Below are positions 1-13,634 of a stretch of DNA of 35,065 nt, in pieces (the stretch's first letter is position 1; each line of letters starts with the position of its first letter). The notes beneath the pieces were generated by a model that was not told the origin of the DNA, made no database searches, and saw only the letters and a list, made by a program, of their open reading frames with translations. Location: NCBI RefSeq assembly GCF_001194135.2, contig NC_068988.1, forward strand, positions 22,702,675 to 22,737,739, in the 5' to 3' direction. The position numbers and the translations under genes were made by a program. This DNA comes from Octopus bimaculoides. Lineage: Eukaryota.

Positions 1-66
<66 letters not shown>
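1..66. repeat. (CA)n/(TA)n microsatellite
   Basis: Direct reading of dinucleotide runs. Confidence 0.95.
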
Positions 67-420
67 TCTCTCCCTTTTTTTCTCGTCCCTCCCTAATTTT
101 TCTGTCCCTCTGTCTCTCTACCTCTCTTCTCTCTCTCCACGTGACCGGTGTTCGGCCAGGCCTGGCCTGTTTTTCTTGGATGAACAACTATCAGTGCAAC
201 ATCTATATTCCTCTCCATGCCTGTCATCTCATATGTCCCTACCGTAAGGCTTCACTTTCACACACGCCAGCTTAATTTATCCTTAATCGAAAGACACCTG
301 TTGTTATGTCCTGTTATTTGCATTTGTATTTGTGTACCATTTCTCCGTTTTTTCCCTCCTTGTTTTCGTATACATTCGCTTCTTTCTTCCAAGGAATCTG
401 ATGCCCATAGGTTAGTTTTT

Positions 421-664
421 CCGTCGTATATATATATATATTTGTGTGCGTACGTGTGTGTGTCTGTGTTTGTACCTCCACCATCGCATGGCAGCCGATG
501 CTGGTGTGTTTATGCCACCTGTAACTTAGCGTTTCGGTAAAAGGAGACCAATAAAAAGTAATAGGCTTACAAAGAAGAAGTGATGGGCTCCATTTCTTCG
601 ACTAAAACCCTTTAAGGCGTTGCTCCAGCATGGCCGCAGACAAATGACTGAAACAAGTCAGAGA
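421..664 (+). mobile_element. SINE family A, 3' half (5'-truncated, diverged)
   Basis: Reverse complement of the 3' half of the copies at 3270-3668 and 12928-13330 (ccgtcgtata...ccgatgctggtgtgttta...ctccagcatggccgcag...aaatgactgaaacaag). Confidence 0.9.
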
Positions 665-700
665 ATATATATATATTAACGACTCTGCCTCCTCGTCGCC

Positions 701-781
<81 letters not shown>

Positions 782-795
782 GTAATAATAATGAC
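701..795. repeat. (TAA)n microsatellite
   Basis: About 30 TAA units; source of the poly-L/poly-Y ORFs in the track. Confidence 0.95.
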
Positions 796-1010
796 AAGAC
801 CACTCAGAGAGTGCAAAACTCTGCCAAGGCAACACCAACATCCTCTCAACGATTAGCCAGAGATGATTTTTAAAGTGAGAATATCTAAAATAAACTCGAC
901 TCCTCTCACAAACGAGAATACTAAAAATGAACCCGACCGCTCTCAAAAATTAATTTAAAAAAAGGAATTATAATCCAGAATCTTTTTCCGGTATTGCATC
1001 GATCCCGAAA
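795..1010. mobile_element. Probable unclassified dispersed repeat fragment
   Basis: Resembles a repeat I recall from Octopus assemblies (accactcagagag...aaggcaacaccaac...atccagaatc). Single copy in the window, so not verifiable here. Confidence 0.3.
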
Positions 1011-1744
1011 TATAACGTCAAACACTGATTATGTCCCTTGACACATATATTACAAACAATAGAAATATAAACTGCATTATTCAATCCAAGATTAATAATA
1101 TGGTAATGCTAACTCTGAATATTGTTCATAAAATATACAAGGAATGGATCAAGCCACCCTCGACAACATAGAATAAAACAATAAACTCATACTTGTCGAA
1201 AATTATGATAATCTATAATTGATAATCTATATTATTGAACTTTGTTTAAAAATTATGCTTTCGCAAACTAAACAGAAAACACATAGACAAGAAAGCAATA
1301 AGTTTTTTTCTTCTTCTTCTCTAAGGTTGTATTTTACAGCTACATTCAACTCACAATAGAAAATTATGACTTTATATATACAAGTATAAAATTTGAAGGA
1401 AAACAAATAGATGCGAACTTCACATTGCTTTCCAAACGACAAGCTACTAAAGGAAGCGATAGACAGAAAACCGAAGCATCATTAGAAATCGTTATTACAT
1501 CATGTAGAAGAGTTAATATATAACAGAAGCAATGCAGGCAAGATAAATAAATAAACAAATAAATTGGAAATGTAAATCACGAGGCTAGACTTACCATGAG
1601 CAAAACAAGATTAATTAAAAAAATTAATGAAACCAAATGAAAGAACAGCGATAGAATATTTAGAAAACCAAACAAGAGAAAGATATGAGAAGAGGAAATT
1701 CTAAAAATGGAAATAAGAAACCTGCCAAGATGAATATTATATCT

Positions 1745-1795
1745 TCTACTTATTTCAGTCATTTGAAGGCGGCTGTGCTGTGGCATCGCCTTGAG
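1745..1795 (-). mobile_element. SINE family A, degenerate 3' tail fragment
   Basis: tacttatttcagtcatttgaaggcggctgtgctgtggcatcgcc matches the family A tail tacttgtttcagtcatttgactgcggccatgctggagcaccgcc. Confidence 0.65.
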
Positions 1796-2207
1796 AAGTT
1801 CCAGTCAAGCAAATCACTCCCACTACTTATTATTAAAAAAGTTCTGTCTGGGATTTATACTGTCTGTTATCTTGGATTTGAGAAATACTCCCATATAGGC
1901 GAATGATGCATAAAAGCACAGGCACACATCATATATCAGGAGAATCACCTCTTATGGGAGTCGAAATTCCCTTATCACGTGATTTTATTATAGTTGACTT
2001 CTTCAGAGGCAGGCATCCGGTCAACACATACGAAACAAATCTCGTTGCGAGATATACTGAATATGAACATTTTTTAAGACATTGATGTCACAAATAGACT
2101 TCAGGTTTATCAGAAAAAAAAAACTTAGCGACAGAAGCAGTATTAATATTAAACGAGACCATGCACCCATCTGAAAGGTTCGCTGAAGGCTAATAGCGTC
2201 CTAACAA

Positions 2208-2274
2208 GATGTGCACGTCAAGCTGGATATTCAGATTGCTTTTTGGTTCTAATACTTCTTCTGTCGCGAATAGT

Positions 2275-2315
<41 letters not shown>

Positions 2316-2587
2316 ATACTGTCCCATGACAGAAAGATTACGAAACATCGCGTGTGATTAAATAGAAAGTAATTGAGAAATCCATAACTTGTGTGAATGG
2401 ATCGAATAAATGTAGACTTTGTTTGGCTGAATGAGCGCAGATCCTGTTCAGATCTAAGATCCCTAACTCTCTATTGAACTCCAGTTCAGATATTTTCAGT
2501 GGTTGCTGGTATATTTATAAATATATTCTGAAGAATTGGAAAATTCCGCCTATACCTGACTGACTTGGGACAGTCATGAGACAGTAT

Positions 2588-2624
<37 letters not shown>

Positions 2625-2768
2625 ACTATTCGCGACAGAAAAAGTATTAGAACCAAAAAGTAATCTGAATATCCAGNNNNNNNNNNTGTGTGTGTGTGTG
2701 CACTATTCGCGACAGAAAAAGTATTAGAACCAAAAAGTAATCTGAATATCCAGCTTGACGTGCACATC
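2208..2768. repeat. Long inverted repeat: about 125-bp arms each containing (CA)n, 238-bp spacer
   Basis: 2208-2332 is the reverse complement of 2571-2768 once the gap-flanking duplication is collapsed; 5 substitutions in the non-microsatellite parts. Confidence 0.9.
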
Positions 2769-3269
2769 CAGCGTTATTAATTAGGGTCTAAGGAAGATAG
2801 CTCCTTTACACTTTTAATTTTTATTTTTTACATTTTATTTCTTTTGGTCTTCGTCTTCCGTTTTCGCTTTCTGTTGTTTACTTTTTGCAGTTTCTATATG
2901 ATGCCTTCTCAATTTTTTTCGTCTCTACTACTATTCAAATTTTTTTAGTTCATTATGATATGTGGTCTGCGCCTGAAGAATATGTTTGAGTTTTCTCAAC
3001 ATATGAAACTATTAGTAGCGCTTTAATACATGTATTGTGACCTTAAAATTAATAATATGTATATACGCATATATGTGTGTGTGTGCGTGNNNNNNNNNNT
3101 GACCTTAAAATTAATAATATGTATATACGCATATATGTGTGTGTGTGCGTGTGTGTGCGTGTGTGTGTATGTGTATATATATATATGTATATCTATTTAT
3201 ATATTATGTATGTAAATATATATATAAATGTATATAATTATATATATATATATGTCTATATATATGTGT

Positions 3270-3668
3270 TCTTTTATTCTTTTACTTGTTTCAGTCATTT
3301 TGATTGCGGCCATGCTGGAGCACCGCCTTTAGTCGAGCAAATCGACCTCAGGATTTATTTTGTGTAAGCCTAATACTTATTCTATCGGTCTTTTTTGCCG
3401 AACCGCTAAGTTACAAGGACGTATACACGCCAGCATCGGTTGTCAAGCGATGTTGGGGGACACACACACAAACATATATACACACATACATATATAAATA
3501 TATACGACGGGCTTCTTTCAGTTTCCGTCTACCAAATCCACTCACTAGGCTTTGGTCGACCCGAGGCTATAGTAGAAGACACTCGCCCAAGGTTTAACTC
3601 AGTGGGACTGAACCCAGAACCATGTGGTTGGTTGGCAAGCTACTTACCACACAGCCACTTCTGCGCCT
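3270..3668 (-). mobile_element. SINE family A, full length (tRNA-derived head, CORE-like segment, internal microsatellite)
   Basis: Minus strand starts aggcgcagaagtggctgtgtggtaag (A-box-like) ... gggttcagtccc (B-box-like) ... accttgggcgagtgtcttct; colinear with 4446-4887 and 12928-13330. Confidence 0.93.
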
Positions 3669-3744
3669 ATATGTATATATACACACAAACACACACACAC
3701 AAACTCATATATATATACACATATTCATACATACATACACTCAG

Positions 3745-3850
3745 CTTCACTCAGTTCACAAAATCTTTGCCCGAGGTGTCTCGCAATGGGAGTGAACCTG
3801 AAATTGCGACATTGGAAGCCAGATCCTTGACCACACAAACATTCATGTGC
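3745..3850 (-). mobile_element. Old SINE head fragment, family A-like
   Basis: gcccgaggtgtctcgcaatgggagtgaacc...ttgaccacaca is a diverged version of gcccaaggtgccacgcagtgggactgaacc...ttaccacaca. Confidence 0.6.
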
Positions 3851-4445
3851 GTAGTGGAAATAGCTGGTCATCAGGTCCAACGACGGTAACATCAAAAAGA
3901 AAAGAAAAAAACAATGATAAAATAGCCACAACAATAATATATGCAAAATTGTTAATCATAGATTAATGAAAAGACAATTACTTGACCAAGATAAAACAGA
4001 ATATTTAAAAGCCATAAATTGAAATATAAATATTTCTCTTGTTTGCTAAGCAATACGTCAGACTTTTACTCTAGCAACGCGTCTTATTTACATGGGCCGT
4101 CTTTCATGTTTCTTCACTGACTCACACAAAGAGCAACTCTATCATCGGTGTTGGTTAAAAAAATATTTAAAAAAGATATCTTAACAGAATCAGTGATAAA
4201 TGAATAACTGAATGTGTGGGGAGAATAGTTCTCGTTCGGATTCTCCAAGTTGTGGACAGTTGCTGAGCATTATGGATTGATTTGGGGCACGCTTTTGCGG
4301 TCCAAGCCGAATATTTTACCGATCGCAAATCCGTGTTATCACAGATTAGTTCGTAATAAGCGCAACGCGGTCCACAATTATGCATACCGTGTTATCTGGA
4401 TCAGTGATGAAAGAACCAGTGATAAACGAGGCGAGATATATTATG

Positions 4446-4651
4446 TGTTTCAGTCATTTTGACTGCGGCCATTCTGGAACACCGCCTGTAGTCGAACAAA
4501 TCGAACCCATGATTTATTCTTTGTAAGCCTAGTACTTATTCCATTGGAATCTTATGCCGAACCGCTAGTTTACGGGGACATAAACACACCAATATCAGTT
4601 GTCAAGCGATTCCGGGGGGGGGGAAATAAACACACACACAAATACATACAT

Positions 4652-4731
<80 letters not shown>

Positions 4732-4887
4732 CGGGCTTCTTTCAGTTTCCGTGGACCAAATTCACTCACAAGGCATTTGTCGGGCTGAGGCTATAGTAGG
4801 AGACACTTGCCCAAGGTGGCACTGATTGGGACTGAACCCGGAACCATGTGGTTGGAAAGGAGGCTTCTTACCACACAGCCACTCCTG
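4446..4887 (-). mobile_element. SINE family A, near full length, expanded internal microsatellite
   Basis: Colinear with 3270-3668; internal TACA/CA/TA tract about 4630-4730. Confidence 0.92.
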
Positions 4888-5174
4888 TATATATATATGC
4901 TTTCTGTTTTACTTCTGAAAAGTCTTCCGAAGAAGTGAAACATGTGTCCATTACTTACGATCTTCATTTTACTAAAATCTATTTACGACGTAGCTGAAGT
5001 CTATCAAGTTCTCTGCGAGTTTCGCAGTCTGCTTTCCTTTCAAAGAACACTAGTATGTGTGTGTTTGTGTATGTCTTTATGCCTGTGTACTTGTGCACGT
5101 ATGTGCTACTGTCGGTGTACTGCTAGTTATTTTCGATATAGATGTTTGTCTGTCTATACACAAGCGCACATACA

Positions 5175-5285
5175 TAATGCATACATGCATACATACATAC
5201 ATACATACGTTCATACACATATACATACATACATACATACATAAAACTTACTGTTATATATATATGCATTTGTATATATGTATTT

Positions 5286-5352
<67 letters not shown>
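5175..5352. repeat. (TACA)n and (TG)n microsatellites running into a gap
   Basis: Direct reading. Confidence 0.9.
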
Positions 5353-6162
5353 NNNNNNNNNNNNNNNNNNNNNNNNNNNNNNNNNNNNNNNNNNNNNNNN
5401 NNNNNNNNNNNNNNNNNNNNNNNNNNNNNNNNNNNNNNNNNNNNNNNNNNNNNNNNNNNNNNNNNNNNNNNNNNNNNNNNNNNNNNNNNNNNNNNNNNNN
5501 NNNNNNNNNNNNNNNNNNNNNNNNNNNNNNNNNNNNNNNNNNNNNNNNNNNNNNNNNNNNNNNNNNNNNNNNNNNNNNNNNNNNNNNNNNNNNNNNNNNN
5601 NNNNNNNNNNNNNNNNNNNNNNNNNNNNNNNNNNNNNNNNNNNNNNNNNNNNNNNNNNNNNNNNNNNNNNNNNNNNNNNNNNNNNNNNNNNNNNNNNNNN
5701 NNNNNNNNNNNNNNNNNNNNNNNNNNNNNNNNNNNNNNNNNNNNNNNNNNNNNNNNNNNNNNNNNNNNNNNNNNNNNNNNNNNNNNNNNNNNNNNNNNNN
5801 NNNNNNNNNNNNNNNNNNNNNNNNNNNNNNNNNNNNNNNNNNNNNNNNNNNNNNNNNNNNNNNNNNNNNNNNNNNNNNNNNNNNNNNNNNNNNNNNNNNN
5901 NNNNNNNNNNNNNNNNNNNNNNNNNNNNNNNNNNNNNNNNNNNNNNNNNNNNNNNNNNNNNNNNNNNNNNNNNNNNNNNNNNNNNNNNNNNNNNNNNNNN
6001 NNNNNNNNNNNNNNNNNNNNNNNNNNNNNNNNNNNNNNNNNNNNNNNNNNNNNNNNNNNNNNNNNNNNNNNNNNNNNNNNNNNNNNNNNNNNNNNNNNNN
6101 NNNNNNNNNNNNNNNNNNNNNNNNNNNTGTGTGTGTGTGTATCTGTGTGTGTGTGTGTATTG

Positions 6163-6373
6163 ATTTCAAATGTTTGCACAAGGCCAGCAAATTCGGGGCG
6201 AAGGGATAAATCGATTACATCGACACCCGTTCCCCAACTGGTGGTGAATTTATTGACCCCGAAAGGATGAAAGGCAAGTGGACCGCGGCTGAATTTCAAC
6301 TCAGAACGTGAAGATGGAAGAAATGCCGCTATGCATTTTTTCCGGCTCGGTAATGATTCTGCTAGCTCGACGC
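6163..6373 (-). mobile_element. SINE family B, near full length
   Basis: Minus strand has a tRNA-like head (gcgtcgagctagcagaatcatt...ttctgagttgaaattc) and the motif gcctttcatcctttcggggtcaataaa; homologous to 33008-33150. Confidence 0.85.
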
Positions 6374-7507
6374 ATTATTCCCTATAAATATATTACACAG
6401 CAGTATTATGAGTTAGTTAAATCTTAGAAGAGTATTCGCAATCATGAATATCCAACACACACGCCATGCATACATATGCACACATACATGTACATAATGA
6501 ATATATATGCGTGTGTACGTGCATATACACATGAATCTATAATGCAACTGAAATTGTGCGTGAAATGACCAGTAAATATTAATTTATACATATTCATGCC
6601 CGTCTGGTGGCACAAATGTTTCTATATTTCATTAACAAGAAATGGCTATTGGTGACAATTGCATAATAAAAAATATACTGTCAAATCCGCAGAGAAGTGT
6701 AACCTTTATACGTCACATTGCTAGATTAGAAAAGTTTTACCTGTAGTAGCCATTGTTTTGATAGCGACTATTTGCACAGATATTTGCTATCCCTTCCAAG
6801 GTTATTCCTGTCAACAAATGAAAAATATAGCAATATTACTTATAAAAGTTAAACGTTTCTGGAGAATTTACAATACACTGAGGTAACATAATCAACAGTA
6901 TGTTACTAACACAATCACTTTTCTATTGGTTTGGATTGTGTAATTCGTTTCAAAATTGAAGAAGTTTATTTTAATTTTATCAAATAGACGAATCGTTCTC
7001 ATCAAATTGCATAGCTTGGTACCAAGATCGTGTTTGATAACAGTTACTAATTAAAGGTCTATTTGAAATTGATGTGAAATAACCGAGAAGGCAGTCGAAA
7101 TGTCAATCCTTTATTTACAATTACTTTACACATCTATGAGACTCAAGGTTCGAATTTCATCCTAAGTGGATGGAATATTTTAACATCTTGTTCATGATAA
7201 GTCACGGACTGTTACATATTATTGAGTGTTGATTTAACATAATGCTTTCAATACTTCCAGCCTGTATAAAACCAAGAAGAATGTTTTGGTGACGGATATT
7301 TTTTGTGGTTAAGTGTAGACTATTCGTGTGGATGAAGTATATGTAATATGTTATTAACAGAAAATAGACACACAGAAATACATACATACATACCTACATG
7401 CATATATACATACATACGTACATACACACATAGATTCATACATACATACACATAAACATACATGCATACATACACACACATGCACATGTATATATGTATA
7501 TACATAG

Positions 7508-7545
<38 letters not shown>

Positions 7546-7563
7546 CATATATANNNNNNNNNN

Positions 7564-7610
<47 letters not shown>

Positions 7611-10258
7611 TACACACACATATACATACATATGCATGTATGTGCGTGTGAGTGTGTGTATGTATGTATGTATGCATTTTTGTGAGAGTACTGGTGCCAG
7701 CAGTATACTGAATTCAATGCCGAATGCTTATTTGCTTTAAACGTATTACAACATTGCTCAATTGCAGAGTAAGACAAATTTGAAGCACAAATTCCTAGTA
7801 AACCTGAAAGAGATATCAGGATAATTTGCAGAATATTTAGAAGGCTTTCAATATTGATTTCACTTGCCTGGTTATAAGGTCAACGCTATCAGCGTGCAAT
7901 TGTAGTATCCTGCTGTCGATCTGTTTTAAACAATTTAGCATGTAATATAAAGAGTATAGTGCAGTTATAACTCAGATTGATATGCATAATTAAAACTAAA
8001 AGGAGCTAAGAGAAAATCCGTAGCAGAAATTCTTCAGAGTTATTTTATGAATGCCCAACTCGATAACTTCTTTTAAATTTCCAGTTAGTGATAGAGTAGG
8101 AAAAGGAAACTAGTGGCAATTGTTAGCATTTTGAATGAGAATTGTATGGTGGATAATATCTAGAAATTAAGCATAAGTTCAAGGTTGAATTAACACGCTT
8201 AGGTAGAGGGATATGAAAAATGTAACAACCTCTTTTTGTTATGTATTTTCATGTTAGTGGCCCATTTGAGTTACCTTTTCTTACATTGTATTTGTTTGAA
8301 TTTTGCAAATTACAGCTGGCCAATAACATTTACACTCTTGTATATGCTAAATTTTCTAAGGCAATTTATAGCCAAGATATAACAATGCTAAGTCGATAAC
8401 ACCAAATCAATACCAATGCACAATTCTTAGAGCTGTTTCAACGCCTCCGAAGCAAAGAGAACATTGTAGTTTTCCCTAAGTTAGTTTATTCAACCTTAAG
8501 TGCACAATTAATTCCGCGAAACCATGCCTTGTTTTCATCCATATTTGATCACATCAGTTTGAACCATAAAAATTAAGAAGCTTCTGTAATCTACTTTCGA
8601 TGCTCTGCTGCAGGTAATTTTAGTGTCATATTTTCCTCTAATATTCAGGAAATTACAAATTATTTGGAGGTGCACCGCAAGTGAGTAGAATGGATGATCT
8701 AACTTCTGATATATGATATACAGAAAAAAATACGTGATGTCAGAACGAAACACATCTTTCGTTGAAGAGTATTCAATTTCGAGAACTACATGCCTAGGGA
8801 GGTGGCATAACAAATACTTAACGTCTGTATGACAAAAGGGCACGGACACTAGATGTAAGGTTACCTAAAACAGTGAATGTACAAACAAACGGACCCTTTT
8901 GTACACAATGAATGAAAGTATCTTACAAAGAGAAAATTACTCAAAATTGTTAACAGAATTACGTAATAATCTACAATTGTATTCTTCCCAAGCTGTGTCA
9001 TACTTTTCGCCCAGAATACTTAACAAATACGATTAAAATTATTTACTTTATACTATTTTGAAAGATACTAGTATACATAAATATTGAAATACGTAAAACA
9101 AAAAAAAAATACTGAATACAGGTGGAATAATTAGAGATTTAAACTTCGTATGAATATACATATACAAGCTTTGTATGCAAAAGCATTATAACAATGTTTG
9201 AGAAACCTCTTTTCATGTGAATTATTTTGGTATAACTGTCAATTTAAAAAAATATATATCTGCATATTTATACATGTACACAGTATATGTATGCGTGTAT
9301 GTATGTCTGTGTGTGTGTGTGTACCTCAATATATGTGTATACGCGTTTATGCCTATGTATGTATTCATGTATGCATGTATGCGTATATGTATGTACGCAT
9401 GTATGTATGAATGCGTGCGTGTACACGCTTATATCTATATATACTTAAGAATAAAAGGTAATTTATTGAGACAATCATCAGAATGAAAACGGTAAAAAGT
9501 GATTTTCTTTGCAATGAAACCAAAAACAAAACCATGCAGAGAAAAAAAAATTACTAAAGAATTGGTTTATGTTCGCATTAATTTGTGTTCCAAATAATCA
9601 GTAATAGAATAGAAAGCGAGATAATAAATAGGAGTTTTGCTCGTTTGATCTAAACGGAAATACCGAGTGACTTCAATAAAGAAATTAAAAACGGAGCTCC
9701 AACAATCTAAGCGCATTCTAATGTGATTTATGACTACGTATGACGTCAGTGGATCTTAAACTTTAGAGCATTAAGTTTCTGGGTGATAACTTACTACCCG
9801 TAACATAGCAACAGTGTTTGGAGAGGCTGGATAGTCGGGGTCGTGGCCGCCGTCACTCTAAGAAATAACATTCCACGCTAAAAAGCCTGTTGTTAAAAAT
9901 TAATTATCGTGTGTTTATTAGGATTGATATAGAATCTACGTGGTGTACGTATGTTTCTATGTGAGTATTATTTGCGAGCTTTTATGAACAGACACGTTTA
10001 TCTGAGAATATACGCGTGTATGTAACTGTACGTATGTTTATATGTGCGTATGTGCACGAGCGTGTGTGCGTATGTGTGTGATTGCATTTGTCTATGTACG
10101 CGTGTGTATTTTGGTATTCCTGTTAATCTTGTTTCAAGTCATCCATTTCCTTATCAGCTTCAGCAATTTAGAATTTTATCAGATGATATCACAATACTTC
10201 CGGCTCCTTTCAAGCTCATTATATCCAATATAATGCATCGTTGTTACTGCTATTATTA

Positions 10259-10810
<552 letters not shown>

Positions 10811-12375
10811 TAATAGTGCTCGTATTATTTATTGCTTAAATTCCATTACTGTTTAACGAATTATAATACTAGTTAGAGCCTGTATGTATACTGCAGTATG
10901 AATGTGCGTTGCTTTATTTCATCCTAAGTATAGTTAAGCTTAATAATTCCTGATATCTCTGGGACGCGTAAGATAACATTACTATCGTCATTTTGAATTA
11001 TATTACCCTTTCATTGATTTTTTTTCTTTCTATTTGCTGATAACAAAAATGTCACTAACGAATAGGTTATCTAATCTATAATTATTGATCTTTAAAAATA
11101 GAAGAGAAAAAAAAAAGCCCGCCATGTCTGTTCCTCTGTGTGTGACGCATAAAACAAATTTAAAGGAGATAATTATGTTATTTGGTTTTAAATGTTCGCC
11201 TTTTGTGTCATTTATAAAAATTATTTCATAACATTTAAAACATATTAAACAAAATTAGTGAGAAATCGATAAGAAAAAAAAATCTTCTGAAGAATATAAT
11301 TAAAATGGTGGACATTTTTGACCGCAGAGTTTACTCTGGGGAATAATGATAAAATTTGCGTCTCTTGTTCGATATACAATAACAGATTTTTTTAATTCTA
11401 TAATGATTTTTTTTCTTTTATAGAATTTACTATTGCTGGAAATCACTCGTGTATTGAAATTACAACAAAGATATTTGACTCAGCAATTACCACCAGCAAA
11501 TTACTCATGTTATTAGCCTCTGAAATAGGAAGAAACATCTCGGCTCAATCGCTCAATCACATAGAAACAGCAGACAATTATCATTTACATCGCAGATTAC
11601 TGTCTTAAANNNNNNNNNNNNNNNNNNNNNNNNNNNNNNNNNNNNNNNNNNNNNNNNNNNNNNNNNNNNNNNNNNNNNNNNNNNNNNNNNNNNNNNNNNN
11701 NNNNNNNNNNNNNNNNNNNNNNNNNNNNNNNNNNNNNNNNNNNNNNNNNNNNNNNNNNNNNNNNNNNNNNNNNNNNNNNNNNNNNNNNNNNNNNNNNNNN
11801 NNNNNNNNNNNNNNNNNNNNNNNNNNNNNNNNNNNNNNNNNNNNNNNNNNNNNNNNNNNNNNNNNNNNNNNNNNNNNNNNNNNNNNNNNNNNNNNNNNNN
11901 NNNNNNNNNNNNNNNNNNNNNNNNNNNNNNNNNNNNNNNNNNNNNNNNNNNNNNNNNNNNNNNNNNNNNNNNNNNNNNNNNNNNNNNNNNNNNNNNNNNN
12001 NNNNNNNNNNNNNNNNNNNNNNNNNNNNNNNNNNNNNNNNNNNNNNNNNNNNNNNNNNNNNNNNNNNNNNNNNNNNNNNNNNNNNNNNNNNNNNNNNNNN
12101 NNNNNNNNNNNNNNNNNNNNNNNNNNNNNNNNNNNNNNNNNNNNNNNNNNNNNNNNNNNNNNNNNNNNNNNNNNNNNNNNNNNNNNNNNNNNNNNNNNNN
12201 NNNNNNNNNNNNNNNNNNNNNNNNNNNNNNNNNNNNNNNNNNNNNNNNNNNNNNNNNNNNNNNNNNNNNNNNNNNNNNNNNNNNNNNNNNNNNNNNNNNN
12301 NNNNNNNNNNNNNNNNNNNNNNNNNNNNNNNNNNNNNNNNNNNNNNNNNNNNNNNNNNNNNNNNNNNNNNNNNNN

Positions 12376-12408
<33 letters not shown>

Positions 12409-12927
12409 GATACGAAGAATTTTCGTCAGGTTGATTCAAACCGATAGAGGAAGAGTAGCTAATACCGATATTCAACAACGTTAGAACTAGTATTTATTCT
12501 CCCTCCAGGATCAATACATCTCAATATACTGAAGATTATATATCTAATACAAACCACTTATCTATCTATCTTTTCTCTCACTAGGATTTATCTTAAATCA
12601 TCCTGTCAGTATTTGCACAACTTTGGATCTGCTAGCATTCAATTTCGTTTTCCCTCAATATGGAGTACTGCATAACAATTTTTTCCCTCTTCTCACTATG
12701 CTGTGCCATTTAACCATTTTTTTAAATCATGGATTTACCTAAAGAAGTTCCGATCGAACTGGATTTAATTGGACCTTTCCACTTTCTCGGAGATAATGAA
12801 CAACAAACATCATAGATGAGGGAGATTCTTACACTGTCTAACGTATATCTCTCCTATGACGTTTCGTTGCTTCAATAGCTAGGATATCTCAAAAACTGCT
12901 GTCAGAGACTATACTCCTTACTCTAGT

Positions 12928-13330
12928 CTCTTTTACTCTTTTACTTGTTTCAGTCATTTGACTGCGGCGATGCTGGAGCATCACCTTTAGTCGAGAAAAT
13001 CGACCCCAGGACTGATTCATTGTAAGCCTAGTACTTATTCTATCGGTCTCTTTTTGCCGAACCGCTAAGTTACGGGGACGTAAACACACCAGCATCGGTT
13101 GTCAAGCGATGGTGGGGGGACAACCACAGACACATAAACACACATACGTATATATATATATATATACGACGGGCTTCTTTCAGTTTCCGTCTACCAAATC
13201 CACTCTCTAGTCTTTGGTCGGCCCGAGGCTATAGTAGATGTCACTTGCCCAAGGTGGCACGTAGTGGGACTGAACCCAGAACTATGTAATTGGTAGGCAA
13301 GCTACTTACCACACAGCCACTCCTGCGCCT
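12928..13330 (-). mobile_element. SINE family A, full length, well preserved
   Basis: Head aggcgcaggagtggctgtgtggtaagtagc...gggttcagtcccac...accttgggcaagtgac; tail ...aatgactgaaacaagtaaaagagtaaaagag. Confidence 0.95.
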
Positions 13331-13454
13331 ATCTTTACTATATTTTACCATTCGTTATGTAGCTAAATTTCCAATTTCCACTGAATTAAACGTAACTAAA
13401 TGTCCTTATCCTGCATTGTCTTTCCTCACCACTCTAATATATGTATGTGCGTAC

Positions 13455-13492
<38 letters not shown>

Positions 13493-13634
13493 GTGTGTGT
13501 GTTTGAGTGTGCGTGTGTGTAGCATTATAGGTACATGATTATATGTACACGCAGAGTTAGACATATAGGTAAGTAGTTGAATACGTAGATAGGCGGATGT
13601 GTGTTTAAGTAAATGCACGTGACTTCAAAAATTA

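Noticed and set aside
130-410. Possible Penelope-like repeat fragment
   Set aside because: Only a vague recalled resemblance; no second copy or coding motif in the window.
2622-3150. Direct repeats flanking the 10-N gaps (about 2677 and 3090)
   Set aside because: Identical sequence on both sides of minimal gaps is typical of unmerged contig overlaps.
8535-8849. 104-aa minus-strand ORF
   Set aside because: No recognisable domain and no ATG start; length is achievable by chance.
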